From an uncultured virus (IMG/VR IMGVR_UViG_3300025470_000020) (taxonomy: Duplodnaviria > Heunggongvirae > Uroviricota > Caudoviricetes): 64,000 bases of DNA. Position 1 is the stretch's first letter; each line of letters opens with the position of its first letter. This document shows positions 9,394-18,630 of the stretch, one piece after another. The notes beneath the pieces were generated by a model. It searched no databases and was not told where the DNA came from. It saw only the letters and a program-made list of their open reading frames with translations. The stretch lies in the IMG/VR virus record IMGVR_UViG_3300025470_000020. One strand, written 5' to 3'. Both the position numbers and the translations under genes were made by a program.

Positions 9394-10278
9394 TTAATCT
9401 TCCATTGCTAAGTTCTCAAAATACTTCATATCATCATCATCTGAAATATCTGGTTCAATAGATGGTGCTGGTGTAGATTTAACTTGTTCTTTAATTTGTT
9501 CAACGGTTGTTTTAACTGCAACTGTTTCACCATTAAGACCTAACACCTTATCTAACCTAGTTTTCAATGCATCATAAGATTTGAATTCAGATTCTTTTAC
9601 TAAATCTTGTAAAGAATATTCTGATTTCCAGATTGTTTCTAACTTCTCATCATTATCTGATAACGGTGATGCTGAATCAAATTCTGATTTATCATAGTTT
9701 TGGAAACCATCTACTTTACGAATCTTGAGTTTAAAGTTAGCACCTTTCCATAAATCAAAAGGATTAATTGCTGTTTCATCTTCAAAGGCAGGATTCATAG
9801 CCTCTGTAATCTTATCAAAGATTTTTTTACCAAATCTGAATAACTTAATTTGGCCTTCATTCTCTGGATGTTTAGGATCAGATACGATATAAACATTAGC
9901 GATATAGTTTAACTTACGCTTTTGTTTACGAACCACATCTTTATTTGCTTCAATGCCAGAGTTCCATAGTGATGAATTATGTTCACAAACTGGACATTTT
10001 TGATTTGTTGTTGTAAGACAGTTATCAATGAACCAACCACCTGGTCCTTGGAAACCGTGTGAGAATACTTTTACCCAAGGCAAAGCATCTTCACCATCTT
10101 TTTCTGATGCAGGTAGAAAACGGATTGTTGCCATGCCGTTGCCTGCTTTATCTACTTCAGGACGCCAGAAATTATCTTGCTTTTCTGAACCACCTTCTGT
10201 ATTTGTATTGATTGCCTCGATAGCTTTTGATAGTTTATCAAGATTGCCTGATTGGCGTTTTAGATTTGCAAAACTCAT
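9394..10278 (-). CDS. 32: single-stranded DNA-binding protein gp32
   Basis: FWRPEVDKAGNGMATIRFLP, HGFQGPGGW, CPVCE, GANFKLKIRKV, NYDKSEF and an acidic tail. Confidence 0.97.
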   Translation of the reverse strand: MSFANLKRQSGNLDKLSKAIEAINTNTEGGSEKQDNFWRPEVDKAGNGMATIRFLPASEKDGEDALPWVKVFSHGFQGPGGWFIDNCLTTTNQKCPVCEHNSSLWNSGIEANKDVVRKQKRKLNYIANVYIVSDPKHPENEGQIKLFRFGKKIFDKITEAMNPAFEDETAINPFDLWKGANFKLKIRKVDGFQNYDKSEFDSASPLSDNDEKLETIWKSEYSLQDLVKESEFKSYDALKTRLDKVLGLNGETVAVKTTVEQIKEQVKSTPAPSIEPDISDDDDMKYFENLAMED

Positions 10279-10352
10279 ATTATTACCTTTCATATAAACG
10301 GAATATTAACGGAATATAACTTCTTATCCACAAACTACTCATAACCATACTT

Positions 10353-10964
10353 CTATTTATCACTACTTCCAATCTTATCTTTCAGAATAGTTTTAAACTT
10401 TTTCTTATCATAAGATAGAAACGGTGAATACTTCTCACACTTCATACGGAAGTTTGGCCATATTATATCATCTTCAATTTTTTCATTCCACATAACAAAG
10501 AATTTCATAATATCATTTAATATAACCAAAGTTTCCAATGAAATGTCTTCCTGCATTGTTGCCTTAAGCAACATTGGATAATCACCAGATGACACAGAAA
10601 GAAGTTCATTAGGTGTTTTTACTTTATCCAACAATAACATTATATCATTCTCAAAGGTATATGTCAAGCTTTGAGTAATCTTTTGCCATCTTTTATAATT
10701 GTCTTCTGCTTCAGGTGTAAGCAGTTCTCTAGCCCAATTACCTTTACCTACTATAAAATTAGAAACATAAAAGTTTTTCAATTCTTCTATTGAGTATTTT
10801 CTAGATAACTTATAGAAAGAAAATCTTTCTTTTTTGGTAGAGAATGTATTTTTGCTAACACTAGTCTTACCATGATATTTAAAATAATCATAGGAGTTTG
10901 ATGTAAAGTGCAACTTCAATGCATTATATAGAGCATAGGCTGCAAAGCCGGTGCCATCGTTCAT
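10353..10964 (-). CDS. 59: helicase loader gp59
   Basis: YALYNALKLHFT..YDYFKYHGK; synteny 33-59-32. Confidence 0.92.
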   Translation of the reverse strand: MNDGTGFAAYALYNALKLHFTSNSYDYFKYHGKTSVSKNTFSTKKERFSFYKLSRKYSIEELKNFYVSNFIVGKGNWARELLTPEAEDNYKRWQKITQSLTYTFENDIMLLLDKVKTPNELLSVSSGDYPMLLKATMQEDISLETLVILNDIMKFFVMWNEKIEDDIIWPNFRMKCEKYSPFLSYDKKKFKTILKDKIGSSDK

Positions 10965-11182
10965 ATTGGTAATCTAGCGGTTTTCTTTAATAAGTTTAAA
11001 TCTTCTGCTTCTGCTTTAATTTTTGCTTTGAGTGGTGGTGAAATGAGTGTTGCAGCCATTTCAACTTCTAATTGATTTTCTTTACAGTAATGACAGATAG
11101 CATCCATAACTGTTAGATTTTTTTCTGATGCAAACTTCTCAATCATAAAACTAAATTCTTTTATCTCATCTTTTGTCGGCAT
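10961..11182 (-). CDS. 33: late transcription co-activator gp33
   Basis: DAICHYC.EN.LEVE....LI...LKAKI..EA..LNLL.KTARLP. Confidence 0.92.
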   Translation of the reverse strand: MPTKDEIKEFSFMIEKFASEKNLTVMDAICHYCKENQLEVEMAATLISPPLKAKIKAEAEDLNLLKKTARLPI

Positions 11183-11339
11183 ATTCTCTCAACTTCATAA
11201 TTAATGTATCTAATTCACTTTCATGTATACTAAAACCTTTAGTATTTCTTGGTGGTAAACCAGAGTCAGGCGAATTAAACTCTGTTCTTAAAACTTTTAG
11301 GTATTCGCCTGCGTATGGTTTAATTTCAAATTCTATCAT
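11166..11339 (-). CDS. hypothetical protein (57 aa, below ORF-track cutoff)
   Basis: Manually read MIEFEIKPYAGEYLKVL...; overlaps both neighbouring genes. Confidence 0.6.
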   Translation of the reverse strand: MIEFEIKPYAGEYLKVLRTEFNSPDSGLPPRNTKGFSIHESELDTLIMKLREYADKR

Positions 11340-11869
11340 TATATACTTGCATAAAATATGTGATGGCCAATCTTTGTAATAATGCCATGTTTATTCCAAT
11401 GTGGATTAACATAGTCAGCATGATAAAACAAAGCATTTGATTTTTTAATCATATCATGTGATGTTGGCTTTGTCAAGGCTATATGAGCAATATACTTCGC
11501 TTCTTGCCATGTATATTCATCTAATTTAGTATTTACTTTAAAGCATGTCCATGTAAATTGACATACAGTTTCACCATAGGTTGTTTTCTTTTGATAAACA
11601 ACACCACAGATGCTACTAGGGAATTCAGGTTCTTTGGTTCGGTTTAGCGTCACTTGAGCAACTGCTAACTTACCTTCAAACGATTCATGGCCTGCCTCAT
11701 AATAAATGTTTTTAGCAAGGCAATCCATTTCTTTAGTGTATTCACTTTCAACTTGAATTGATTGTATTTCTCTACTTACTGATTTACTAAAACTTGGCAT
11801 AGTATACATGAATATTGATAAACATAATACTATTACTACTGCTGATACTACTGAATTATTCTTTCTCAA
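11339..11869 (-). CDS. cell wall hydrolase, SleB/Hydrolase_2 family
   Basis: CLAKNIYYEAGHE..EGKLAVAQVTLNR...ICGVVYQ..CQFTW..HADYVNP.W..IGHHIFY; N-terminal hydrophobic anchor. Confidence 0.9.
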   Translation of the reverse strand: MRKNNSVVSAVVIVLCLSIFMYTMPSFSKSVSREIQSIQVESEYTKEMDCLAKNIYYEAGHESFEGKLAVAQVTLNRTKEPEFPSSICGVVYQKKTTYGETVCQFTWTCFKVNTKLDEYTWQEAKYIAHIALTKPTSHDMIKKSNALFYHADYVNPHWNKHGIITKIGHHIFYASI

Positions 11870-11939
11870 GATATTTCTCCTTTTTGAATAATGTTGGCGC
11901 CCATTAAAACAGGCGCCAAGATAATCTCCAATTACGATT

Positions 11940-12203
11940 TTACTTTTTGATTTTTACTTCAGGTTGTGGAGTTTGTGAAACGAAATTATTAAGCACTTCT
12001 GCTTTTTTAATAATTGCATCTTCGGTTGGAAAATTAGGCAAATCTGGATGATTTGGTGATGTTGTGCCGGCAATTTGTGCCGCCGCAACTTCAGTTTGCC
12101 ATTGTTGTTGTAAGATATCCTTTTGTGAGTGAAAGTCATCTAACAACATATCTTTTGCCATTTTTAATAGCTCAAGACGAATTTCATACGGGGTCATGCT
12201 CAT
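11940..12203 (-). CDS. conserved hypothetical protein
   Basis: MTPYEIRLELLKMAKDML...FP....IIKKAE.LN.FVS; RBS AAGGAG. Confidence 0.75.
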   Translation of the reverse strand: MSMTPYEIRLELLKMAKDMLLDDFHSQKDILQQQWQTEVAAAQIAGTTSPNHPDLPNFPTEDAIIKKAEVLNNFVSQTPQPEVKIKK

Positions 12204-12230
12204 AGTATTTCTCCTTTTGTGTGTGTGTAA

Positions 12231-12259
12231 AAAAATGGGAGATTTTATAGGTTCTCCCA
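12231..12259 (-). terminator. putative terminator hairpin
   Basis: Minus strand TGGGAGA...TCTCCCA followed by a T-run. Confidence 0.55.
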
Positions 12260-12272
12260 AACCTTATATCTT

Positions 12273-12280
12273 TATTTATA
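12273..12280 (-). promoter_or_regulatory. T4-type late promoter TATAAATA
   Basis: Exact match in intergenic space. Confidence 0.6.
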
Positions 12281-12424
12281 TTACTTTGCAGCTTTTGGTG
12301 CAGGTTTTGCAGCAGATTTAACCGCGGGTGCTTTTGCAGGTTTAGCAGGAGCTTTATCAGCTGCTAAAGAAGCGAAAGTAGCGAAACCGAAAGCAATCAT
12401 TAATGCTAATGCTAACTTTTTCAT
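12281..12424 (-). CDS. small secreted Ala/Lys/Pro-rich protein (47 aa)
   Basis: MKKLALALMIAFGFATFASLAADKAPAKPAKAPAVKSAAKPAPKAAK; RBS AAGGAG and its own promoter. Confidence 0.8.
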   Translation of the reverse strand: MKKLALALMIAFGFATFASLAADKAPAKPAKAPAVKSAAKPAPKAAK

Positions 12425-12451
12425 ACCATTTCTCCTTTTTTATTATGAACC

Positions 12452-12480
12452 ATTATATAACACTTTCTCAAGTTTGTCAA
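12452..12480 (-). promoter_or_regulatory. sigma70-type promoter TTGACA-N17-TATAAT
   Basis: Perfect consensus hexamers. Confidence 0.85.
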
Positions 12481-12482
12481 CC

Positions 12483-12557
12483 TTAATTTTTAGGTGGTAC
12501 ACCAGTTTTAGAAGGTATGGTTGGTGCAGGTTTTTGTGGTTTATTTGGTGTTGCCAT
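12483..12557 (-). CDS. Pro/Lys-rich micro-ORF (24 aa)
   Basis: MATPNKPQKPAPTIPSKTGVPPKN; begins right after the upstream stop. Confidence 0.45.
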   Translation of the reverse strand: MATPNKPQKPAPTIPSKTGVPPKN

Positions 12558-12558
12558 A

Positions 12559-13023
12559 TTACTTAGCCTTTGGATCTACATATTTTTTATATGCATCAAT
12601 CCAGTTTGTTGAAATTGCTTTTTGTGCATCTGCTTGTGATATTTTACCAGCACACATTAAAGCGTGTAATTGATTTTCTAATTTATCTTTTTGATGAGCA
12701 TTTTTATCACCATCAAATGGTTGAGGCCATAAATTAGCAACATCATTTGAACCACCAAGTTCTAATGAGATAAGATGGTCAACTTCACAACCTTCTTTAC
12801 CTGAGCAATAGCCTTCATGATTTTTTACATTATAATTAGCATATACTTGTTTCTTTGTTGCTTCGGTTACATTTCTAACTGTAGTTGTTGTAAATCCTTT
12901 AGCACAAATAACTGCTGCTGTTAATTTTGGATCAGGTTTACCTGGTGTTACTTTTGCATTTGGTAAAATATCAGCGTGAGCAATGCCTGCTGATAATAAT
13001 GCTACGAATAATAACTTTTTCAT
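12559..13023 (-). CDS. HNH-type nuclease with N-terminal signal peptide
   Basis: MKKLLFVALLSAGIAHA signal; EVDHLISLELGGSN...NLWPQ...KDKLEN. Confidence 0.75.
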   Translation of the reverse strand: MKKLLFVALLSAGIAHADILPNAKVTPGKPDPKLTAAVICAKGFTTTTVRNVTEATKKQVYANYNVKNHEGYCSGKEGCEVDHLISLELGGSNDVANLWPQPFDGDKNAHQKDKLENQLHALMCAGKISQADAQKAISTNWIDAYKKYVDPKAK

Positions 13024-13676
13024 ATTTTTCCTTTATAAAAATTAATTGCCTTCACAAGACCTTCTATATAGTCTTCCGTTTTTTGCTTGTAGATAAAAGG
13101 TCCACCATTTTCTACTGCCATGATAATGACCAAATTATTTATTGGTTCACCTATCAATTCTTCATACATTAAGGCATATGCTGCTGTTTGCCAAAAGTAA
13201 TCTTGAATTTCTTCTAAATCTTTAACTCGTTTAGATGTTTTAAAGTCAATGACTGATAAATCTAATTCAAAGTCAGCAATACAATCAACACGACCTGCTA
13301 CACCTAACTTCTCTGACCATAATGCCTGTTCTTGATATCTAATGTTATCTATACGATTGAGATATGGCTTAATAGATAAAAACATTTCTTGAGCATCAGG
13401 CATAATTTCACCTAATGGTTCATTATTAAGATATCTCTCGCATAGTGTATGAACATTGGTACCACGATTAGATGCTTTCTTTGATATAGCATTAGCAACA
13501 TCATGACCAACCCTATCACGCCATCTCTGTATAGATTCTTTCTTTAAAGCACCTAATACAGTTGTGATTGATGGTAACTTCTGACCATTAGGTGAGATAT
13601 AAAATCTACCTTTAGATGTGGTTTCAGATTCTAAATTGGGTAATACTTTTGGCGGACAATAATTAAATGTTACCAT
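13020..13676 (-). CDS. PD-(D/E)XK exonuclease (Cas4/RecB-like phage exonuclease)
   Basis: PSITTVL...RGTNVH...AGRVDCIA....VIDFKTS...Q..AYA.M.EE. Confidence 0.9.
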   Translation of the reverse strand: MVTFNYCPPKVLPNLESETTSKGRFYISPNGQKLPSITTVLGALKKESIQRWRDRVGHDVANAISKKASNRGTNVHTLCERYLNNEPLGEIMPDAQEMFLSIKPYLNRIDNIRYQEQALWSEKLGVAGRVDCIADFELDLSVIDFKTSKRVKDLEEIQDYFWQTAAYALMYEELIGEPINNLVIIMAVENGGPFIYKQKTEDYIEGLVKAINFYKGKI

Positions 13677-13945
13677 TCTCTAGGTGCTTTTGTTTTGTGA
13701 CCATCTTTGATTGTGTTTTGACCAACTTGTTCTTTCATTCTACCAATAACATACTTCTCAAATGTAGAATCAGCCTTACCTGTGCCAGGTGTATTTAATC
13801 TCATACCGTCAGATAGAATAGGTGTGCCTGAATGATGCCTAATGTGTGTAGGATTATCAATTAAGTATTGGTCTAATTCTGTATAAGACATTTTCTTTTC
13901 AAATATCTCATCTGTTTCTGTATTCTTAAACTCATAGTTGGGCAT
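13670..13945 (-). CDS. FmdB-like small protein
   Basis: MPNYEFKNTET.E.FE..MS..ELD.YL..NP. Confidence 0.6.
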   Translation of the reverse strand: MPNYEFKNTETDEIFEKKMSYTELDQYLIDNPTHIRHHSGTPILSDGMRLNTPGTGKADSTFEKYVIGRMKEQVGQNTIKDGHKTKAPREW

Positions 13946-14495
13946 TATACCACTCCGGAATTGGTCTAGAATTAATTTTTCCTTGCCATGAAGCAAGATG
14001 TGTTTTATTGTTTATATAGTAATTTCTGTAGGACGCCAAAGAATTTCCTGCTATCTTCACCGCATCAGGCATAGCTGGTGTTGGTTCGGTAAAGTTAGCA
14101 TTAGGTATATTCTTTGGTGTGTTCCAAAATAACTTATCAACTAGTCCTATCTGTTCACACTTATGGACTTTACCATAACGATAGGTATATTCTTTACATA
14201 GTTCTTTGAGTAGTTTACTTAACCAGATATAGTTTGAATTACTATGGCGACACCAGATAGCGGATGGATGGTTGATGTGTGTTGCTGAATACAAAATAGT
14301 TTCACGGTCATCAGATAGAATCCAACGCTTAACATTACGATTAGTTTTTGATTTTACAGTTACTTCTTGGCCATCTAATACACGGTGGGCCGTGGATAAA
14401 AGCTGGGAATATTCTAAAATCATTTTTATACAATGTTTATCGTTGTGCATTTGCGCACAAACGGTTTCGTCTTTATCTAGGTAAAATATATTCAT
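13932..14495 (-). CDS. pyrimidine-dimer DNA glycosylase / endonuclease V-like protein
   Basis: MNIFYLD...CAQMHNDKH..KMILE..QLLSTAH...THINHPSAIW...EYTYRYGKVH...AMPD. Confidence 0.8.
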   Translation of the reverse strand: MNIFYLDKDETVCAQMHNDKHCIKMILEYSQLLSTAHRVLDGQEVTVKSKTNRNVKRWILSDDRETILYSATHINHPSAIWCRHSNSNYIWLSKLLKELCKEYTYRYGKVHKCEQIGLVDKLFWNTPKNIPNANFTEPTPAMPDAVKIAGNSLASYRNYYINNKTHLASWQGKINSRPIPEWYNAQL

Positions 14496-14502
14496 AATGT
14501 AA

Positions 14503-14531
14503 AGGATAACACAATACTGCTGTTATGTCAA
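14503..14531 (-). promoter_or_regulatory. sigma70-type promoter TTGACA-N17-TATCCT
   Basis: The -10 ends 7 nt before ATG 14495; no SD sequence. Confidence 0.6.
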
Positions 14532-14533
14532 GT

Positions 14534-14836
14534 TTATTTTCTAGCAAAAATATGTTTAATCTTTTCCCAAAGTGTTCTTTCTTCAGCAAGTAATTTATCT
14601 CCTGCTGTGTTTAATTCACCTTGTAATGTATTAACATTCTTTTTGAGAGCATTAACGATGGTAAGCAATTCTTTATGTTTTACTAATTCATTATTAATAT
14701 AACCAACAATATCATTAGAAACATTAGATAGTCCTGCATGAAATGCTGGTGCTTCTGGTGCAGCTGGTGCTGGTGTAGCTTCAGGTGCTGGTGTTGCTGT
14801 CACTTCAGGTGTTGCTTGTTGAATATCATCTGCCAT
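14534..14836 (-). CDS. hypothetical protein with Ala/Pro-rich N-terminus and coiled coil
   Basis: ORF with RBS AAGGAG. Confidence 0.75.
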   Translation of the reverse strand: MADDIQQATPEVTATPAPEATPAPAAPEAPAFHAGLSNVSNDIVGYINNELVKHKELLTIVNALKKNVNTLQGELNTAGDKLLAEERTLWEKIKHIFARK

Positions 14837-14854
14837 AATTTTCTCCTTAATTAA

Positions 14855-16174
14855 TTAATATTTCCAATCTTTACAATAACCAAGTTTGTGTAATTTTTTC
14901 AATGCATCATCACATTTATCACCGATATCGGTTCTATGATGTTCATCGTTACCAAACTTAACTTTATCGACAATATCATAAGCTTTATCTTTTGCCTCTG
15001 ATACTGTATCACCTACTCCTGTGCAAACAACAATATAACTACCTGCTGTTCCCCATTCATAGGCTTCTTCATCTAACACACCATCGACCATTTTAACTGT
15101 CTTTGATAGTTTCACTTCACAAGGATGAATAAATTTATAATCATCACCTTCTGCTTTCTCTGTTAAAACAGGGAAGTCTAGGTATGATTCTTCTTCGTTT
15201 TTGTTGTGTGGGAAATCTGAATTTGCCATTACAACACCAACACAAGTTTTAAAATCCACTTCTAATGTGTTTTTACCTTTAACACAATCTAAAATCCATT
15301 CTGCTGGGTCACCTTTATGTAAAGGTTGTTGAATATTCCACATAGGATATCCAGGTCTTGCTGTCCATTCCATTGGCCATGGTGTACCATCTTTCTCATC
15401 AATGATACAATTCATATCTAGCATACCAACATAACCAATCTTGTGTAAGGTGTCTGCCATTGGTTTGAGTAGCATATCTGCTAGTTTAGATTGTTTGGTG
15501 TAACGGATAACTGTTCCCATCTCTCCTGTGTTTACACCAAGGTCTTTGTTCATATGTTTCTTATGTTCAAAACCTTCTGCAAAGAATGGCATCCAACCTG
15601 CTGGGCCAAATATACCAGTCACACATAGTTCAATACCAGGTCTAAATTCTTGTAGAATAAACTTACCGGTACCGCCACCTTTTTCTTTATGTTTCATTAA
15701 GAAACCAATCATATCTGCCTCATCTTTGGCAACATATGATAATGTCTTGTCTTCTTCTTCACCTATTGGTTTAGAAACCCAACGACCACCATGTTCTTTT
15801 ACGAATTGAATGGCTGCATCATAATTACTGAATGGGTGTGATGGTATAACTTTACCACCAAAGTCTTCAATTACTTTTTGACCATACATACGGTCTAATT
15901 CTAGTTTAGCTGCTCGTTTACCTGGTCCAAATATAGGATAACCTTTCTTAATATACTCATCAATTTCATCCATCATTTCGAGGTTATCTGATGAGAATAT
16001 CAAATCGGCAACATCCATATACTTGCGCCAATTGGTAATCTTGTCTACAAGGCCTTCACCTATATGGGAAGACCTTGAGCCTTTGGTATACAATTTGACT
16101 GTGTGTCCGGCAGCAACACAGCGTAAGCACCAGTCTAAAGTTAATGCTGGTGGATCAAGAACGAGAATAAGCAT
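14855..16174 (-). CDS. PurD (GAR synthetase)-like ATP-grasp ligase
   Basis: FGPGKRAAKLELDR, EHKK...DLGVNTGEMG, EWTARPGYP, TVSEAKDKAY..V, RTDIG. It lacks the canonical N-terminal GxGGREH. Confidence 0.75.
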   Translation of the reverse strand: MLILVLDPPALTLDWCLRCVAAGHTVKLYTKGSRSSHIGEGLVDKITNWRKYMDVADLIFSSDNLEMMDEIDEYIKKGYPIFGPGKRAAKLELDRMYGQKVIEDFGGKVIPSHPFSNYDAAIQFVKEHGGRWVSKPIGEEEDKTLSYVAKDEADMIGFLMKHKEKGGGTGKFILQEFRPGIELCVTGIFGPAGWMPFFAEGFEHKKHMNKDLGVNTGEMGTVIRYTKQSKLADMLLKPMADTLHKIGYVGMLDMNCIIDEKDGTPWPMEWTARPGYPMWNIQQPLHKGDPAEWILDCVKGKNTLEVDFKTCVGVVMANSDFPHNKNEEESYLDFPVLTEKAEGDDYKFIHPCEVKLSKTVKMVDGVLDEEAYEWGTAGSYIVVCTGVGDTVSEAKDKAYDIVDKVKFGNDEHHRTDIGDKCDDALKKLHKLGYCKDWKY

Positions 16175-16216
16175 TTAAATTCCTAAGGTATGAGTTAATT
16201 TACCTTATTATTTAGT

Positions 16217-16480
16217 TTATTCCAATGTGCCTGCTTGTGCTTTTAAACTCTTAATTCTCTTTGCAATATCTTCTGATGATACAGTTTGCATTGCGAATTG
16301 TTTGAATTGGTCGTAAGAATCTCTGACCTTGATTGATGTTTTGCCGCCTACAGCAGCTGAATCAGAAATGAATAATGCACAACCACCATCACGGAGTGGA
16401 GCAATCTCAATCACTTCATCTAAATTTAAAATTACTTTACAATTTTTCTCAACTGATTCTACTTCAATAAATAACGCCAT
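16217..16480 (-). CDS. hypothetical protein
   Basis: ORF track; RBS GGAG. Confidence 0.75.
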   Translation of the reverse strand: MALFIEVESVEKNCKVILNLDEVIEIAPLRDGGCALFISDSAAVGGKTSIKVRDSYDQFKQFAMQTVSSEDIAKRIKSLKAQAGTLE

Positions 16481-16481
16481 T

Positions 16482-16628
16482 TTACTCTCCTTCAGGTTTA
16501 ATAATATCTTTAAGTTTAACGAATTTCATTTTTGCTGCTGACATCTCAGCTGACATCATCATCTTTTTCCAAATTGCTCTTTTCTCACCTTTAAGACTTG
16601 ATAGTAACCTTTTGGTAGATTTTGACAT
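16482..16628 (-). CDS. hypothetical basic protein (48 aa)
   Basis: Manually read MSNLPKRLLSSLKGEKRAIWKKMM... Confidence 0.55.
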   Translation of the reverse strand: MSKSTKRLLSSLKGEKRAIWKKMMMSAEMSAAKMKFVKLKDIIKPEGE

Positions 16629-16645
16629 ATTATAATTTGAACCCA

Positions 16646-16909
16646 TTATCTTCCTCTTGTTTCTGTTTTATCACAATCAGATAACCTGACCAATAAAACA
16701 TCTGTTGTATTTAGTGGCTTGACAAAATAACATTCATTATTGACCGACCATACTAAATGATTTTGAATACCTTTTTCAAAGGTGCCATTGAAACCACCTT
16801 TAGGTATTAAATAATAAGCTATATTTAAAAGAATAATTGCAAGAAATATTCCAATAATTAACAAGTTCGATGCAATCCATCTTGATACATTTTTAACTGT
16901 TGTTACCAT
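16646..16909 (-). CDS. hypothetical membrane protein
   Basis: N-terminal TM segment. Confidence 0.7.
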   Translation of the reverse strand: MVTTVKNVSRWIASNLLIIGIFLAIILLNIAYYLIPKGGFNGTFEKGIQNHLVWSVNNECYFVKPLNTTDVLLVRLSDCDKTETRGR

Positions 16910-17154
16910 TATAATACTCCATACTTATATGAACCATACAGTATAACACCAATAATAGATAATGTCAATACAATATAACCCAATCTTACCGACTTCATAC
17001 GATAATATTCAACTTCAAATTCAATCATTTCTTTTTGTGCTTGAAGCATATCATTCATTGTGCCTCTTGTATAATCATCAGCATACATTCTAATGGTTTC
17101 ATTTTGAAGCGCAAGATGTTTTTTCGCCTGTAGATAACGATAAAAAGAAAGCAT
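16909..17154 (-). CDS. hypothetical membrane protein
   Basis: C-terminal TM; coupled to neighbours. Confidence 0.7.
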   Translation of the reverse strand: MLSFYRYLQAKKHLALQNETIRMYADDYTRGTMNDMLQAQKEMIEFEVEYYRMKSVRLGYIVLTLSIIGVILYGSYKYGVL

Positions 17155-17274
17155 TATTTAACCAATTCTGTATGTTTATGCTGTAAACTTTTACGCAAGA
17201 TTTTGAACCAAAGTTTTTTTTCTTTTTTGGTATTGTGTCTAACACAAGCACGATACATTTTTCTAATTAATTTT

Positions 17275-17544
17275 TTAACTTTCATAGAATAACCTTTTCC
17301 AACTTACATGACGGCAAACTTCTTGTTTTGCTTTTGCCAAAGAATCAAACTTATTACCCATAATATATATCGATTTTGGGCCATAGACCAAAATATCACC
17401 AATCATTGTTTCAAATCGATATCTAGTTTTACCTTTGCTATCAACTTCTTTAGTTTTACAATGATAATTATCTACAATACCACCAAAGATTAAAGTTTCC
17501 CTTAACTCGTCTGATACTATCTTGCGCATAAAGGCATTATTCAT
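17275..17544 (-). CDS. hypothetical protein
   Basis: ORF track; tightly packed operon. Confidence 0.7.
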   Translation of the reverse strand: MNNAFMRKIVSDELRETLIFGGIVDNYHCKTKEVDSKGKTRYRFETMIGDILVYGPKSIYIMGNKFDSLAKAKQEVCRHVSWKRLFYES

Positions 17545-17825
17545 TAGTGCACCACATGAAGATGAGGTTTTTGTTTTCTGATATCAGGTAATGATTGAAT
17601 AGTTTCAATTGCTTTAGATAAAAGCATTGATGCTTCTTTTTCACAACCTGCAGCTTCAGCAAACATAACTATTCTTGCTGTAATGATAGCAATAACATTT
17701 AAAGCATTATCAATCTCATGTTTATCAATCATATCAGCTATAAAGGTATCGATATCAATTGAAATAGTATTCAATTGTTCATCTGTTAAATTATTCAGCA
17801 TCTTCATCTTCCATTGCTGATACAA
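17544..17825 (-). CDS. hypothetical protein
   Basis: ORF track; start may be 17801. Confidence 0.65.
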   Translation of the reverse strand: MYQQWKMKMLNNLTDEQLNTISIDIDTFIADMIDKHEIDNALNVIAIITARIVMFAEAAGCEKEASMLLSKAIETIQSLPDIRKQKPHLHVVH

Positions 17826-18139
17826 AAACCGATACTGCTAATAATAAAGCACCTAAGCCTATACGCCAATCAGCTAAAAAGATTAAAATAAATCCAATCA
17901 ATGCTGCTAATAACGGTAAAAATTTAATTTTGATTACTTCCATAATATTCTCCTAATAATTTCTTGAGTAACCATTATTGGTTATCATTTTTGCTTCAAT
18001 AACTGCTTCGTAAATACCATCAGCACACAATGGGATTATTTTATTTTGAAGTGGTAACATAAAACATTTTACCACATCATCATAATAAATTAAACTTTCT
18101 ATATCAATATTTTCCATAATTTCCTCACTTTAACATACC

Positions 18140-18167
18140 ATTATAACACATCTGGACCAAAAGTCAA
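18140..18167 (-). promoter_or_regulatory. early-type promoter (TGC)TTGACT-N16-TATAAT(GG)
   Basis: Same consensus as the 24.9-29.4 kb promoter family. Confidence 0.8.
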
Positions 18168-18175
18168 GCACTATT

Positions 18176-18406
18176 TTAGCTCGTGGAATCGTCTAGGACG
18201 ATTAATTTACCAATACCGACATATTCATCTACGGCATGCTTTAATTGTGTCTTGGAAGTGCTTGGAAGAACAAATGTATACTCAAATTTTGCGTCCACAC
18301 CCTTGTCCGTTAGTGTTTCATTGAGATACTTTACCGCTTGGTAAGCATCATCAAATTCTTTTCTACCATTATTATTATTCAGGTTCGGTTTAGCGATATA
18401 TTTCAT
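18176..18406 (-). CDS. hypothetical protein
   Basis: ORF track. Confidence 0.7.
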   Translation of the reverse strand: MKYIAKPNLNNNNGRKEFDDAYQAVKYLNETLTDKGVDAKFEYTFVLPSTSKTQLKHAVDEYVGIGKLIVLDDSTS

Positions 18407-18630
18407 TATTGTGCTTTCTTATATGCTGCTGCAATTAGTTTATGAACGGTTGCAATTGGTTCTTTAACCATCCAACCTTGTTGTGTTGTTGAATAGATGT
18501 TGGTTACGGTTTCAACTTTCTTTGTGCCAACCACAACATCAGTTTCAAACACGGTTAGAATGTGATTCACATTGACCAAAAGAATTTTGCCTTTGTGTTC
18601 TGGTGCTGCATTGGTTAATTTAATAATCAT
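18406..18630 (-). CDS. hypothetical protein (FlbD-like small beta domain)
   Basis: MIIKLT....ILLVNVNHILTV.ET...VKEP pattern. Confidence 0.55.
   Translation of the reverse strand: MIIKLTNAAPEHKGKILLVNVNHILTVFETDVVVGTKKVETVTNIYSTTQQGWMVKEPIATVHKLIAAAYKKAQ

Noticed and set aside
13020..13676. Cas4-like nuclease as evidence of CRISPR-Cas
   Set aside because: It is a common stand-alone phage exonuclease, and there are no other cas genes or an array in the window.
14855..16174. PurZ / Z-genome system
   Set aside because: The motifs are PurD/ATP-grasp type, not adenylosuccinate synthetase (PurA/PurZ) type.
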